A stretch of DNA of 58,126 nucleotides, filler included, from Sphacelaria rigidula (Eukaryota): the NCBI GenBank assembly GCA_964200075.2. It is 4 parts of 4 records of this genome, joined end to end, with 100 filler letters (N's around TTAATTAATTAA, not from the genome) between each part and the next. Parts side by side here need not be neighbours in the genome. Positions count along the whole stretch, not along the records: positions 1 to 14,461 come from CAXNAA020002232.1; positions 14,562 to 29,018 come from CAXNAA020002233.1; 2 more parts are not named here. One strand, 5' to 3'. Shown in pieces: positions 10,118-23,179 of this stretch. Below the pieces are notes generated by a model. The model was given only the letters and a program-made list of their open reading frames with translations, was not told the origin of the DNA and searched no databases. The stretch's first letter is position 1; every line of letters begins with the position of its first letter. The position numbers and the translations under genes are program-made.

Positions 10118-10370
10118 CGACACTTTCTACGATAGCCCCCCCCCCCCGAAACCAGCTCAACGTGTCACGAAAACGTTGGCCATGCAGCGCCTGATGTTCG
10201 GGTTCAGGCTGCATGAAGCGCCTCATATTGGCGACATCGGCTAGAACGAACCCCAGCGCGGAACTCCACAGCTTCTCATTGTGCTCGGCTTTTCCCATTT
10301 CGATTTACGTGAAGTTTTTACCTCCCAAAACCATGCACTTTTGGGGGGGGGGCTATCGTAGAAAGTGTCG
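10118..10370. mobile_element. MITE, about 253 bp
   Basis: TIRs cgacactttctacgatagccccc / gggggctatcgtagaaagtgtcg. A partial reverse-complement copy of its left end is at 14562-14641. No clear TSD unless the terminal CG is the duplication. Confidence 0.85.
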
Positions 10371-12440
10371 GGGGGAGATTGCTGCAACTGCTGTACGTTC
10401 AGCTAATCGCCCAACGCATAGTGGCATCGATGGTGAAATTCCCCATCATCTTATGTTCCGAAAACATGCCAAATTATCATTTTGCGTAAAGTCGGCTCGC
10501 CTGCTTTTCTACACGTAGAATGTCATATTAAAAAGTTGGAGAAAAGACATGGAAAGGTGTCCTAGTAGGCTATGACTCTGATAGTTCGTCTTATAATATA
10601 AATAATGGAGAAACTGGTCGAGCTGTGAGTTCGCGAAATGATACCTTCATAAAACAAGCAGCCGCCAAAGCCATCTCCAGTGATACACGGGCTACATGGA
10701 GAGAAAACAGGGATTAAGATAACATTTTCGAACTTCTAAATGATGAACAGAAGGGAAATTTTCATTTTAACAACGATGTATACGACGGAATTTCTCAATT
10801 GGAGCATTCATCTACAGAGCGGACTACACCAACACAACTTCGTTCTACAGGTAGCCCAGATCAAGCTACATCTCAACCATCAAACACACGCCAAGCCGTT
10901 TTTAGGCTGGCCCAGCTCGTACCTGCATCCTTTCTAGTTTCAACCACGTACAAACAGGCGTTATCTTCACCGTATGCGACAAAGTGGAAAGTTGCCGTGC
11001 TATGTGAACTACAAAGCATTTCGGACCATAAGTTGGCAGACACTATTCCATCAAGTTTGATACCTCTAAACAACAACATAATTGGTACGCGTTAGGTGTA
11101 CAAAGTCAAAGCCGGTGGAAGATACAAGGCCCGCTTAGTTTTCCAAGTTTGGGTACATGAGCTTGGATTCGGCTGTAGGAGTACCTTCGCGCCTATATGT
11201 AGACCGGAAAGTCAAAATATTTATTAGCAATAGCTAAAGCTAAAAGTTGACCTATAGTTGCCCTAGATATACAGGCCTCATTTTTAAACGGCAAATTACA
11301 AGAACCCGTATTCTGTAAACAGCCACCTGGATTCGAAACATCAGACCCAGATACTGGTCAACGACATGTGATGCGTCTTCGCCGTGCCCTGTACGGACTT
11401 CGACAAAGTCCCAATGTGTGAAATTTTGCAATCGACACTGAATTATAAAACGAGGGTTTCAAGTCAACCACAAGTGATCCGTGTGTATGTACGAGAGGAC
11501 AGTAAGGAGATTATGCCATGGTCACTTTGTTCGTTGATGATATCCTAGTTACAGGACCATCCCTCGAAAGTTTACAGAATGTACAAGATACTCTCAAAAC
11601 GAAACTTTCAATATCAGAGTTTGGACCTGTTTCACTTATTTTAGGTACGGAGGTCATCAGAGATTCTGGAAGAGGATTTCTAAAACTTTCTCAGTAAAAA
11701 TAGGTACTAAAGTCACTACAAACGTTCAAAATGGAATCCTGCAATACAGTACATACACCAGGTGAAGCAAATCAACACATAAAGGGACCAGAAGAAATCT
11801 TCTGGATCAAGAGCAGACGAAACAATACCAAGCAATGGTGGTAGTCTTATTTTTCTAGCACAATGCACCAGATTCGACATAGCTTTTAGTGTTACTCAGG
11901 CAGCTCGTCACATGAGTAGACCAAGTGTTCATCATTAAGCTGTAGTAAAGCGTGTATTTCAATCCTTAAAAGGAATACCGGATCTATCACTTACCACTTT
12001 TCGAAGAAGAACTTGAATCTACAAGGATATTGTGATTCTTCATACCGTATCTCCGGCTGACGGGGTAGAATAAGGTCAACTACGGGAACTATGTTCTTTT
12101 TAGCTAACGGATTAGTTCACTTTTCTTCAAGCCTGCAGAAAATTGCAGCTTCTTTAACTACTGAGGTAAAACTCGTATGCTTAGCCAGATGTGACACATT
12201 TGGGATGTATCTGTCAAGATTCCTACGTAAACTCGGTTGGTTATAGATGAAAACACCCACTATTTGCTCAGACTCTCTAGGAGCATTGAAATTGTCATCA
12301 AATTCTTCGTATGGCACAAGTCGCAAACACCTAGCTATAATATTTATAATCTCAGATATATTAGAAGAGGAGATGAAAAAATAATCAATCATGTGAAGTC
12401 AGAAGGTTGACTTGCTGACATACTCACGAAATATTGCGAG
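10371..12440 (+). pseudogene. Decayed Ty1/Copia pol (integrase C-terminus, RT, RNase H)
   Basis: Recognisable motifs in Copia order: GEIAATAV..ANR, GYDSDSSSY, TYKQAL, YKVKAGGRYKARLV, LDIQASFLNG, ALYGLRQSP, SDPCV, LFVDDILV, TRFDIAF, GYCDS, LADILTKY. There are many stops and frameshifts, and no LTRs were seen. Confidence 0.93.
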
Positions 12441-12476
12441 AAAATAATACACTCTTATGGTAGGTAGAAAACTTTA

Positions 12477-12741
12477 TGTCTGCCGGAGAGTGTGTTTTTA
12501 CGCAGGAGAGTTTTATCATCCATTTGCGTATACTCCTGTATACACAGTCATATTTGGTTTCGATAAATATATGGAAATAGGTTCCAGGAAGTGTGCTGGT
12601 AAGAAATATGTTATTTTCACAAACACACACCCTGGAATCTATTTCCATATATTTATCAAACCAAATATGACTGTGTATACAGGATTATACGCAAACGGAT
12701 AATAAAACTCTCCTGCGTAAAAACACACTCTCCGGCAGACA
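12477..12741. mobile_element. Fold-back MITE with TA flanks (Tc1/mariner-type)
   Basis: Near-perfect palindrome TA|tgtctgccggagagtgtgtttttacgcagg ... cctgcgtaaaaacacactctccggcagaca|TA with arms over 100 bp. Confidence 0.88.
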
Positions 12742-13335
12742 TATCCACGCAAGCATATGTATATATTACCACCAAGTTACTATATTTAGATCACTACGAT
12801 GTATACTCGTACCAAATATCGGTGGTATGTTCAATGGTGATAAGTTTACTTTATATACTATAGCTACATGAATCCCGTTTAGAAACATAACATCAGATTC
12901 ATCGCTATCTTCAGTATACCGCACAGACTGTCAGTTGTATAGTTGTACCGTAGTACAGTACAACAGTATGCAGCACTTCCAATCAACGGACAAGGCCGCA
13001 TCGTGATGATTTTTCAACGTGTCACCCACAAGGGTGGTGCAAGAAGTCATGACCCCTAACGGAATAGCAATATAGCCAGGTGTAGTACTGCTTGTGCTTT
13101 GTAGACTACGAATCATTCACACCGTCTTCTTACAGCTGAAGCTGGCAAAAATGAGGAACTGCACCCAAAGCAACGGCGTGTATCCGCCGAGCATTCGAAT
13201 CTTCACTCAGCGCAACCAAGCGAATGCTGATACCGTGGCAGCGTCAGGGAATTCTTTTGATTACGATGCAAAGCGTTTCTACTTCGTTAATGGTACATTG
13301 TGATGAGTATGACAGTTGAGATGGATGTCCCACTT

Positions 13336-13620
13336 TGTTTTTACGCAGAAGAGTTTTACCATCTGTTTGCGTATACTCCTGTGTACACAGTCATATTTGG
13401 TTTCAAGTACATATATGGAGATAGTTTCCAGGGGGTGCGTTAGTAAGAATAACAGATTCCTCGCTAACGTCCCCCCTGGAAACTATCTCCATATCATTAT
13501 TGAAACCAAACATGATTGTGTTCACAGGATATCGCAAACGGATGACAGCACACAGTCATGTTTGATTTCGATGAAGGCATGGATGAAAATAGTTTTCAGT
13601 GGGGTGTTCGTAAAAAATCC
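13336..13620. mobile_element. Diverged, truncated copies of the same fold-back MITE
   Basis: tgtttttacgcagaagagtttt...cacagtcatatttggtttc with a partial inverted arm to ~13545, then another partial arm. Confidence 0.75.
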
Positions 13621-13819
13621 ATTTCATATCTGAAAACGAGTTCCGCTGTAGGATAAGTCACGGTTCAGCATGAACAGCAAACTAAGTAGAAGGTAAAACA
13701 GACAGTAGGAACGGGTTTAACCGTAGGGTAGATAAATGGACAGATCGAACTGTTGGTGTCAAAATAGTGAAGAGCTTGAGTCGAAGAGTCTAGAGTATCA
13801 AGAGTTTGTGCATGTATAG

Positions 13820-14074
13820 GAGCAATGCAACGGTAGGGGTGCACTTTTTGCGCACAATGCCGTCTGGTTCAAGGGCTCCTAAAGATTCTAGTTGCACGAG
13901 AAAACGAGTCAGGGCATCCCCGTTTACAAATTCATTCGGGATATTCCTAGTACATTGGAATAATAATCCTGCCGTACTCTCACATATTTCGTAAGTCGTG
14001 TTTTTGATCAGAAAAAGGCCTTGAACAATTCTAACCTCGCAACATATTTGTGCACCCCTACCGTAGCATCAGTC
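13820..14074. mobile_element. MITE, 255 bp, with 4-bp TSD (ATAG); Sola-like
   Basis: atag|gagcaatgcaacggtaggggtgcac ... gtgcacccctaccgtagcatcagtc|atag. The superfamily is inferred from the GAG terminus plus 4-bp TSD. Confidence 0.75.
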
Positions 14075-14461
14075 ATAGTTCAAGTCGTACAGTTCAGGTA
14101 CAAAAGGTTTTGTTGAGATAGGACACTTTCTTCAGACAGCCATTTGTGGCCACTCTCTATTTTTTCTCCTCTCAACCAAGCCTCTCAGATTGTTGTTGGT
14201 TTCTACGTTCATGAGGAACCAAGCGTTTTATTGTGTTGATTCTGTTTTCGACCAAGTGAAGCACCAACTGTCAACCCTCTTCCTGTCTTTTATTGCACAA
14301 ACAAGTGTTTGATCAGCACTGTGCGACCTCTGCGAGCTCTTTCGTCAGAGCTGGGTTCACGAGCTGAACCGATCGTTCCTGTGAAGTTGACAGTCTAACA
14401 CTAACAACAAATTGTGAGAATTGAGGTTTAACTTCGAGATGAGGCTCAAGCCTAAAACAGT

Positions 14462-14561
14462 NNNNNNNNNNNNNNNNNNNNNNNNNNNNNNNNNNNNNNN
14501 NNNNNTTAATTAATTAANNNNNNNNNNNNNNNNNNNNNNNNNNNNNNNNNNNNNNNNNNNN
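14462..14561. other. Artificial contig spacer
   Basis: N44-TTAATTAATTAA-N44; the linker puts stops in all six frames. Confidence 0.97.
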
Positions 14562-14844
14562 CGAACATCAGGCGCTGTATGGCCATTGTTTTCGTGACGC
14601 TTTTAGCTGGTTTTGGGGGGAGGCTATCGTAGAAAGTGTCGTACGCGGACCACCGTGCCCGTCGAGAAAATCAGAACGTATCATTTGCACCTCGGAACAG
14701 ACGCCGCCTTTCCACTCTTCCCGCAATTTTTTATCGAAAATGTCAACACTCGCGATGAACGTAAATGGAGGAAGACGATGCCATATGTTTTGAGTACGTG
14801 CAATATTTTAACATCAAGAGTATTAAAAAGTATTCAACACTATA

Positions 14845-15282
14845 TTCATGAGATTCAGAGTGTAACATCGGATTCAGAGTGAGACCCGAAACAAAGGACT
14901 TTCCCGTCGATTTTGACATCCCCACAGTCGAGGAGTAATGCGCCCAGCTGGTGAAGCGGTGGCTTCAATGAAAGCTGTCACCTACACGACCAATTTGACA
15001 CATCACTTGGCCGCAACGACGTAGTCAGTTCACTGTAACAAAAGATCCCCTCTTTCAGGAAAAACCGATTAGTGCCTGAAACAGTTTCAGGCCGAAATGC
15101 CCCCCCCAGGCGTAAAAATGCTCTGTGCGGTATCTCACCAACCAGACCGCCGAATTCCTCGAATGGGGTACTGTACGGTAGCTGCATGCACAGGACGTGT
15201 GCTCAAGCAAGGAAAAAAGTTGCCTGTTAGGAACGCTAGAGCATCCACTCTGAATCCGATATTACGCTCTGAATCTCACGAA
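14845..15282. mobile_element. MITE, about 440 bp, TA-flanked
   Basis: TIRs of ~37 bp: ttcatgagattcagagtgtaacatcggattcagagtg / cactctgaatccgatattacgctctgaatctcacgaa. Confidence 0.75.
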
Positions 15283-18200
15283 TATGTTGTTCTTTCAACT
15301 TCCAGCGGCGTTTCCCAATGGTTTCTTCGTGGAAGAAGTCGTTTGAGACACCCCCCGTACGTATAATCTCGTAGAACACACTAGGAACAGTTCCGAGAAT
15401 GCTACCGACAAACCTTTGCGAGGGCTCCAGGGAGAAGCACGTGCTAGAAATACGGCCAAGAGAGAAGATCGTTCATTAGCCATCAGGAGGCCGCGCTAGT
15501 TGGCAGGGACAATCAACTATCACCTCGGAAAAAATCATATACACATCGATCGTACGTATCATGTATTCACGCGCTCTCTCGATATTTCCACTCATGGATC
15601 GGGCGACACGAAAGAGAAAATCGTGTGGTGAAATACGAATGATACGAATATGAGCGGTATGAATCATGATGACGCTTCATCTGCTCTGCGGTTCGTGAAA
15701 ACGTGTGGGACAAGTACATTGTTCCGCACCCCACACGCGCTGTTTGTGCGATACGAGTTCCCAGAAGGCACAGTTTGCCGGTGTCTGATTTCCGCGGGAT
15801 AGATTCTGGGAATTGTGATTCTGTTGTCCAATCTGTGTGCCGCAATACTTGCACTTTTTACCGCAAGTATGGTTTCTTGAGTCGCTCGTAAATTTTCTTA
15901 AACGCCCGTGCGAATTACGTGAGATACAAATGACGAGTTGGCAGTTAACCCTTAGACAACAACCCCCCCCGCAGGTGCACTGATATGTACTATGCCACAT
16001 TTGGAGTTCAGGGCAGATCTATTCTCGCTACACAAGACGCATTTGTTTTTAATCATGTGGATGCTGTGCATCTGCATGGAAAACAGTCTCGGAGAACCCC
16101 TGACCGGTTTTGACCGTGCCGTGTATAGCGTGCAGCCCAAGTTGTGTATGCGGTACCGCGGGATACAACGGCAAGAGACAGTCAGCGTGCCATCGCTCTC
16201 CACTGAACGCAATTTGCTGCATGCATACTGCTGATGCCTCTGCTTAGTGTTCCACAACAACACAACAGACAGTGTGAAGACATGCTGGTAATAAACACAT
16301 GAGGGGTCAGACGGGTGGCGCAGACCACCAACAGAGTACAGAACTCGTATTTTGTGTTCATGTTATTTATGGTTGAATTACCATGACAAAATGATAAATA
16401 CCGCTAGACAGCGAAGTATTCCACCTGTCGTCCACCTGCGGGGGAACTGCGTGCTCATTTTGACAGCCGGGATCGGTCAGAATGGTCGTTCCGCGTCTCT
16501 CGGGCTTCGTTTCTGGCTTTGAATCTTCCGCATGAAACTTCCAAAGACACACGGCTGACTTGGTGAGCGTCTCGGTTGCTCTCCAGACAGAACCCCTCTC
16601 CCACCCCCCACCCCCTCAAAAACCACCCCCCAGAGACATTCAGGAGTTTCCCGTGGCCAGGGGTGTAGACATGCATGATCATGAGTACACCCCTGGTCAC
16701 TGGAAACCCCTGGATGTATCCGGACTGTCAGCGTGTGAAACTGTTTCGAGGCGACGCTCGCTGTCTGAGGGTTAAGCATCAAGAAGGTGATATGCTGTAT
16801 GTGTCATCTATGCTGAAACTGGCAGTTCTACGCTTCCGTCCGAGTCTCGATGATTCTCAATTTTCGCATACGCCAACCCACGGTAGCGGGTGAATCGTAG
16901 TCTAAGCACTGGGATTCACGACTGTAGTGTACACCGACACACTCCCGTGTGTCCATGTCGCGGGATACCGAGTTGTCATCCAGCAACCAAAATGTCGCGA
17001 AACATCATCATCGAGAAAAAGTCTGAGTATTCTTTACTGCGTGGAGCGACTCCCAAAGCGACTAAGCTTTTCAGATAACAATTTGGTCGAAACAATCCTC
17101 TTCATGGCGTGCGGCGGATCAAACGTTGACTTCGGAAGACAAGGCTTCCCGCTGTCCAGACGGGTGAGGCAGCAGCATCGACCCTCAAGCTGGCGTAGAG
17201 GCCGCGACATGAGATGGATCGCTTCGGATTGTACTGGCACGGGGTCGTATGTACCTTCTTCGTTTGAATGAAGGAAGCGTTCAAACGACATTCAAGCAGC
17301 TGACTCACAGCGACGCCTATAAGGGAACCCGCCAAGTGCCATTCACCCGGTTTGAAGCACGAATCTCATTTTACATTTGTTTCTGGGACTCTGTCGTTTC
17401 CTCTCTTTTTCTGTCATCACGTGCTCCTTTCCTGCTTAGCGTCATACGTTGGCGTTTATCTGGCTGCTACAATTTTCCAGCATCGAACGAAGCATGGCCC
17501 TCCAACATCACTGAAACCAGAAATGTTCAGACTCGATTGGCCTGGAACCAAATGCGCAAGCACGAGCCCTACGATTCCACTAAATACGTTTTCACTACCC
17601 CGCATGCCCTGTATTCGGCGCTGTGGGAAGTAAAGCTGGACAGAGGCCAAATCGAGCTTTGTGTAATGAACGACTTCGCCCAACGTTTTTGTCGTGCTTT
17701 CACTCTCCCCTACAAACGACAGCTATCTACTTCCGGTGCCCAAGGCTTCAAGTCTCCTCTTTCCTGATGCGTGCCTGACGAACGTTTTGGGCATTGGATG
17801 AGCCCTCCTGCGCCCGTCAATTTAATTCAGGACCAACTCCTCACGCTTTCGAATGACGGATTTTAGTGAACATATCATCGCCTTCTGGATTCGTAATAAC
17901 AAAGCTCGCATAAAACTGGTCGTACATGGACAGTTGGTGCGCCACCTCGATACTCGTAGCGCGACCCTAGCGACAAAAATTGGCAAGACCTCCCAGGATT
18001 CCTTCGCCGTGGGGGGAACGTGAACGTTTGTCCACGCACCCTTGAGAGGACCGGGTACAGCAACCGGTAGAGGCGTCTCGTATCACAAAAAATGGCACAG
18101 CAGTATCACAAAGCAACTGCTCTTTTTTCTGACTCCTTTCTGTCTCGCCATACTTCCGACCTCTGCTATTCCCCGGGGTGACTCCGTACTCTCGAGAGAT

Positions 18201-18939
18201 CACAACTCATTGCCTCCCGATACGTGCTTGACATCTTCGCGTCACAGATTGGATCAACACTCCCTCACTGTATCGGTTATCGCCAAATCCCTTTGCTTCT
18301 CACATCCCCACCTTTTCAGCAACGAAAATCAGATACCCGAAACCAAAAAAACGCACATAACTGTATCTGCTTCAAATCGAACCCCGAAGCCTCCCCTACT
18401 CGGGGTTGCGATGTGCCCGTCTAACCACCGGGCCGCGGCGTGTATATCCTTTGATGATCGGTTGATTTATTGCCGTACACATTCACTGATTCTCGAGAGA
18501 TCTAACGGTGGTCATCATTCACACGGTAGGAGTACCCAAGGCGAACACAACGGAAGCACTATATAGTCGAAAATCATGCTTTCTGGGGGGAACAAGGGAC
18601 GTTGTGACCCCGTGGGGAGGGGGCGCGTCACCCACTTACTATTACTTTCAGGAGGTGTTTTCAACCATCGAGGCTGGAGACACTACCAGTACGTTTATTG
18701 CAGACCTTCCTCAACCACATCCAAGACACAAGGTGGTCACCAGTGTGTTTTACCCTCTGATGTTTCATGAGCGGGGTTTCCAGGTTGTGTCCGTTTCCTT
18801 CAAGCATCAACGGAACAATGAAATTCCACCCCTTGTTTAGCTGCCGTCGGCTACCTCAACGCCGTAAATTGTGGATACCACCACATAGAAGGGACAAGTT
18901 TCCACAAGTATCTTCTACAAAGGAGTCATATTTTCACAT

Positions 18940-19010
18940 TGGCGACACCATTTGATAGCTCGTACGCTTCACGAACAGAAGGTCTCGGGTTCAAATCCCG
19001 GATCCCACCG
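18940..19010 (+). repeat. tRNA-derived (SINE-head-like) remnant
   Basis: T-arm cggg-ttcaaat-cccg with B-box GGTTCAAATCC, but no complete cloverleaf. It lies between two copies of a ~70-bp repeat (~18870 and ~19229). Confidence 0.4.
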
Positions 19011-19669
19011 AAATGGTGGCAGCCAAAATGGTGGCAGCCAAAAGGAAATGGTGGATACTCTATGAAGCGGAGTTCAAAAGCTCACGGGAAATTTCCTGCG
19101 GTGATTGTTGGCTGAGAGATCCAACACACGTAGAAGATATGTGAATTAAAAGGCAAAATTCCAACCGCTAGCCGGCGTGAAAGGTTACTCCTGGAGACCC
19201 TCCAAGAAGCTCATGAAAGGGGGGCTGATGTGGAAACCGCCACATAGAAGGGGTAAATTCCCACAAGTGTTTGTCAAGGAATCACCTTTTCACAATATTG
19301 CTCTCGACGGGCCAGTTTCCACTGTGTATTCGACCGATATATCCACAAAGTCGTTGATGCTCTTCGGATGCCCAAAGCCCCTCGTCGAAACGTCGCTTCG
19401 AGATGTGCTTCCAACACCTAAGCTGTGACGAAGCTCTGATTTGTCTTAGGTGTGCCCGAGTCGTGAAGTATCGCAAACTACTCCACTTGGAATGTAGCTA
19501 TCGATCGGACATCCAAACCTTCCAGATTTCGTTTTGTTTTTCATCGCACTCTCCATCCCTTCTCTTCCGCGGGACACGTACGTCCACGACTTTACAAGCG
19601 GTCCAATTCATCTCCCCCCCCCGGTATCTATGCGTATGCGTATTGTTTTTTTATCGTTTTTCAACTTAG

Positions 19670-22600
19670 GTTCAATCGGTTCTGGATGATTTCCTCGGAA
19701 ACGATGGGAGAGGTCCCGACATTAGTATCGGTACGTCGCCGAAAAGCGCGTCTTCTCCGACGTCCTCTCCCGCTAGGGTCGGCAAGCGTCGTTCTCCCAC
19801 CAGGGACAGTGGTGTCGGAGGTGAGTCGAGAAGATGACCAGATGCAGGAAAAGCGAGTATATTTCCAGCTATCTGTTTCCATAGGTATTCCCAACGGATC
19901 AACACACGTCTCCCCTGGTACAGTGCCTGCCTTGTCCTCCATGATCAGGAATTGGATTGGCACAGGAGGGTCACTTGAACGGCGGTTCTGATACTATTAT
20001 CCCACATGCTTCTGAGACAAAATGTGGTTGTGGCCATCTGTCGAGGTTTGGTCTCATGTGTGGAATAACGTTGTTGAATCCTGGAAAAACAAAACGTTAG
20101 GCGGACAGAGACGGTCGTCACATGCGCAGTATGCAGAAGGACCCTCCTCCCCCAGGACGCCTGTCGGTGGTGGCGGCAGACAAAGTTCTCTGACATTAAT
20201 TACGGATCAAAGCAGCGGAGCGGGAGGATTGACCTCTCCTTCTGCCGGATATTCTCCTTCGTCTGGTGATAGTAGATTGAGGTACGTGAATGTTCTCCCA
20301 AGACAGGTACCTGACTTCCCGGGGTCCTTGCAATGAAAATATTATTATCCAGGGTGTCCTGGATTTTCGGAGTGCATGCAGACACCCGGAGTATTGCCGG
20401 ATACCTGAGGAGTCGACTGCAAAACCACCATACTAATCATATCCGAAGCACTTGAAGTGTTGAGCCGCACCCGTCTCTACCCTATGGTAAGTCTTGGTGC
20501 GCAATCGTGTAGTCATCTGGCATGTGAGAACCAGCCGCCCAATGTTTTTACGGATAAGTGCTCATGCGACGCAATCAACAAGTACCGCTTCTACGGGTGC
20601 GAGCGATAATGCCGTTTCTGTGGCACATTTTATCCGGCAGGCAGTAGGGTTTACACGACTTGTCGTGGTGAGATCGCAGTTGGAAACTACTTGATTTCAG
20701 AGGATGACTGTCGAATTCAGATCTTTGAAGGGCGGGTAGTCCCGAGTGCTCACATTTTCGCAGGACGCATATTCTGCTACAGTGGACATCTAAGTCGCCG
20801 ATTTGACCTCCATGAACACAAGGTTTGCCTAGCGCACAGGGCACCATGTGCATATCCCCCACCGAGGGTTCTCTACATGGCTTGGATTGAGGTTTTGGTT
20901 ATGGTTAGGGTAAGGCTCGAAATTATATCTAGAACACGAGTGATGAAAGTCAACTCGTGAGTAATTTCTGCAATCGTTTGTGTCTGGGTCTGATTTTTGC
21001 TCGTGTTTGGCGTTCAAAGCATGCATCAGGCTTGTAATGTTAGAACGCGTGTTCTCCGTTGATCAACCGTGTCTGGTGTGAACATTGAAAACGTTTTCCG
21101 ATCTGTTTTTCAAACGTTTCATTGACATGTGGACCGCTGGAGGTACGTAAACGATATGAACATGGCCCGGTTAAGGCTTTCTCCTTCTTTCTTCCCGATT
21201 CAACAAGACCTGGCTGGGAAATAGTTTCCTAGCTCATTTTTTGAAACGAACCACATCCTCAAGAAGCGCAGAGCCAATTTTAGGTTCCTTCGGCTGATAA
21301 AGCGGACTGAAATGACTCACGTCTTTTAAAAACAATATCCTGCGGTGTTTCGAACAGTGCTATCCATAGTCGGTGCGTCGTTGAAAAAAACGCGCCAAGA
21401 CGCACACGATTGGATTGAATCGCTTCTTGGACTTCATTCCAATCAGCGAGCGTTCCCGTTTGGTCTACCTTGCGCGCGTCTAGATTGCAACCGCGGCTGG
21501 ATCTCTTCGAGACCGCTTGATGCACGACAATCAGTCAAACCAGCACATTTACACAATCACACGCACAAGATGAGCCAAACCTCATCATTTCTTCATGCTG
21601 TTTCGCTCCTTCCATTATAATCTCCGGTCGTCTACTCCACATACCTCGTTTGTCTTTTCAGGCGGCGGGTATCGGTGCGGTCTCCGAAGATGGTGGGAGA
21701 CACCTTGCAAATCGCCGAACTATCCACCCTGGGAAATCTCCAGGTGTTTCTGGACGGAAAACAGAAAGAAGTGGCTCAGGCGCACGCACGAAGGACAAAG
21801 GAGTTAGAGGTGGTGCTGGCGAAAGAGGAACAATATTTCAACGCGCTGCTGGAGTGAGTGCATCCAAGTTGCTCACTCGACAGTTGGATTGTGTCAATTT
21901 TTCTTGTGCCTCTTTCGAGGACCTTGTTTGACGTACGATTCACGCTATTCCCTTGAAGCCTAATACTTGTTTGGGACTGTTGTTGTCCATTGTGCAGGAT
22001 TTCGTGTACGACTAGACAAAACAGGACCTACCCTCAATATGGGCTGGCGACATGGCATGGCTCAGACGTGAACTTTTACTTTCGGTATGATTCTACATCC
22101 ATGCTGATAGATGGTACGCTATCGTCAGCAAACATGCCCGGCATACATGAAACAACAAGAATAACTCTACCGCAGGCAAGTAACACGAGGGTACTGCCAT
22201 CTCAGCGATCGAGGAAGCAACAACGCAGCACCGTCGAGCAACACGCCGATACGGTGATATGATACCCAATAAGCAGTCTACTTGCAGTCGCACTCGCACC
22301 AAACGTGGGCAGTTTCTCACGAACCATTTTGTGTCTTTGATGTAAAGTTCGAACGTTGCAAGGGTGGTTGGATAGCGTACGAGACTACATACATTAGTGC
22401 ATTCCTAAAAACCGTTATTCAAGTGCCCGAACCTTGAGTAGAGTATTGCGATCGTACTCAACAATACCCAGACATGGGCTGAAGTATTGCAATCGTACTT
22501 AGCTCTACCCCAGTATTTGCGTATAATTTGAAGATTGGGCCATAGTAACACGAAGTTCGGGAGAGTAAATGCCCGGGTATTTACTCCACCCAACACACCT

Positions 22601-23127
22601 TCGGAAGGTTGGCTTCTTCAACACCTCGAGAGCTAATGGAACATCTCAAACGTGCTTTGAGGGAGGTCACATCAGCAACATCCTCCTTCTCAAAAAAATC
22701 GGCAGGAATACTAAATTTGCACATTCCGACTTGCTTCCGACTCGAGTAAGAGCTCCGGTCTGTACTTACGATCGGCATCATGTGTATTCGTCTTTTTCCA
22801 GAGTGCTGAACGAAAAAGATAAAGACTGTACCGCCGACGAGAGCAAGTATGTATGGACAGGTACCATGTAAGTACATCTTGTTTCGTCATACTTTCAATC
22901 CCTTCCACTTTCGATGGGAACGAGCCCACACCTCTCCCTGTACCCGAATAAAATTTGTTTCTCCAGGACTAAATCATAGGTGCCGCAGCTCGTAGTTTCC
23001 CATCTATTATTTCTTTGCTTCTCGAGTCCTCACTGTGGCAACGAAAGAGACTATGATCACAGCTGTTGAGACTCGGATGCACGGATTCTGACGAACTAAT
23101 TCGGTCATCAGGGAGCGGCGCCTACTA

Positions 23128-23179
<52 letters not shown>

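Noticed and set aside
14506-14517. TTAATTAATTAA palindromes inside N runs as a biological motif
   Set aside because: Identical synthetic six-frame-stop linkers.
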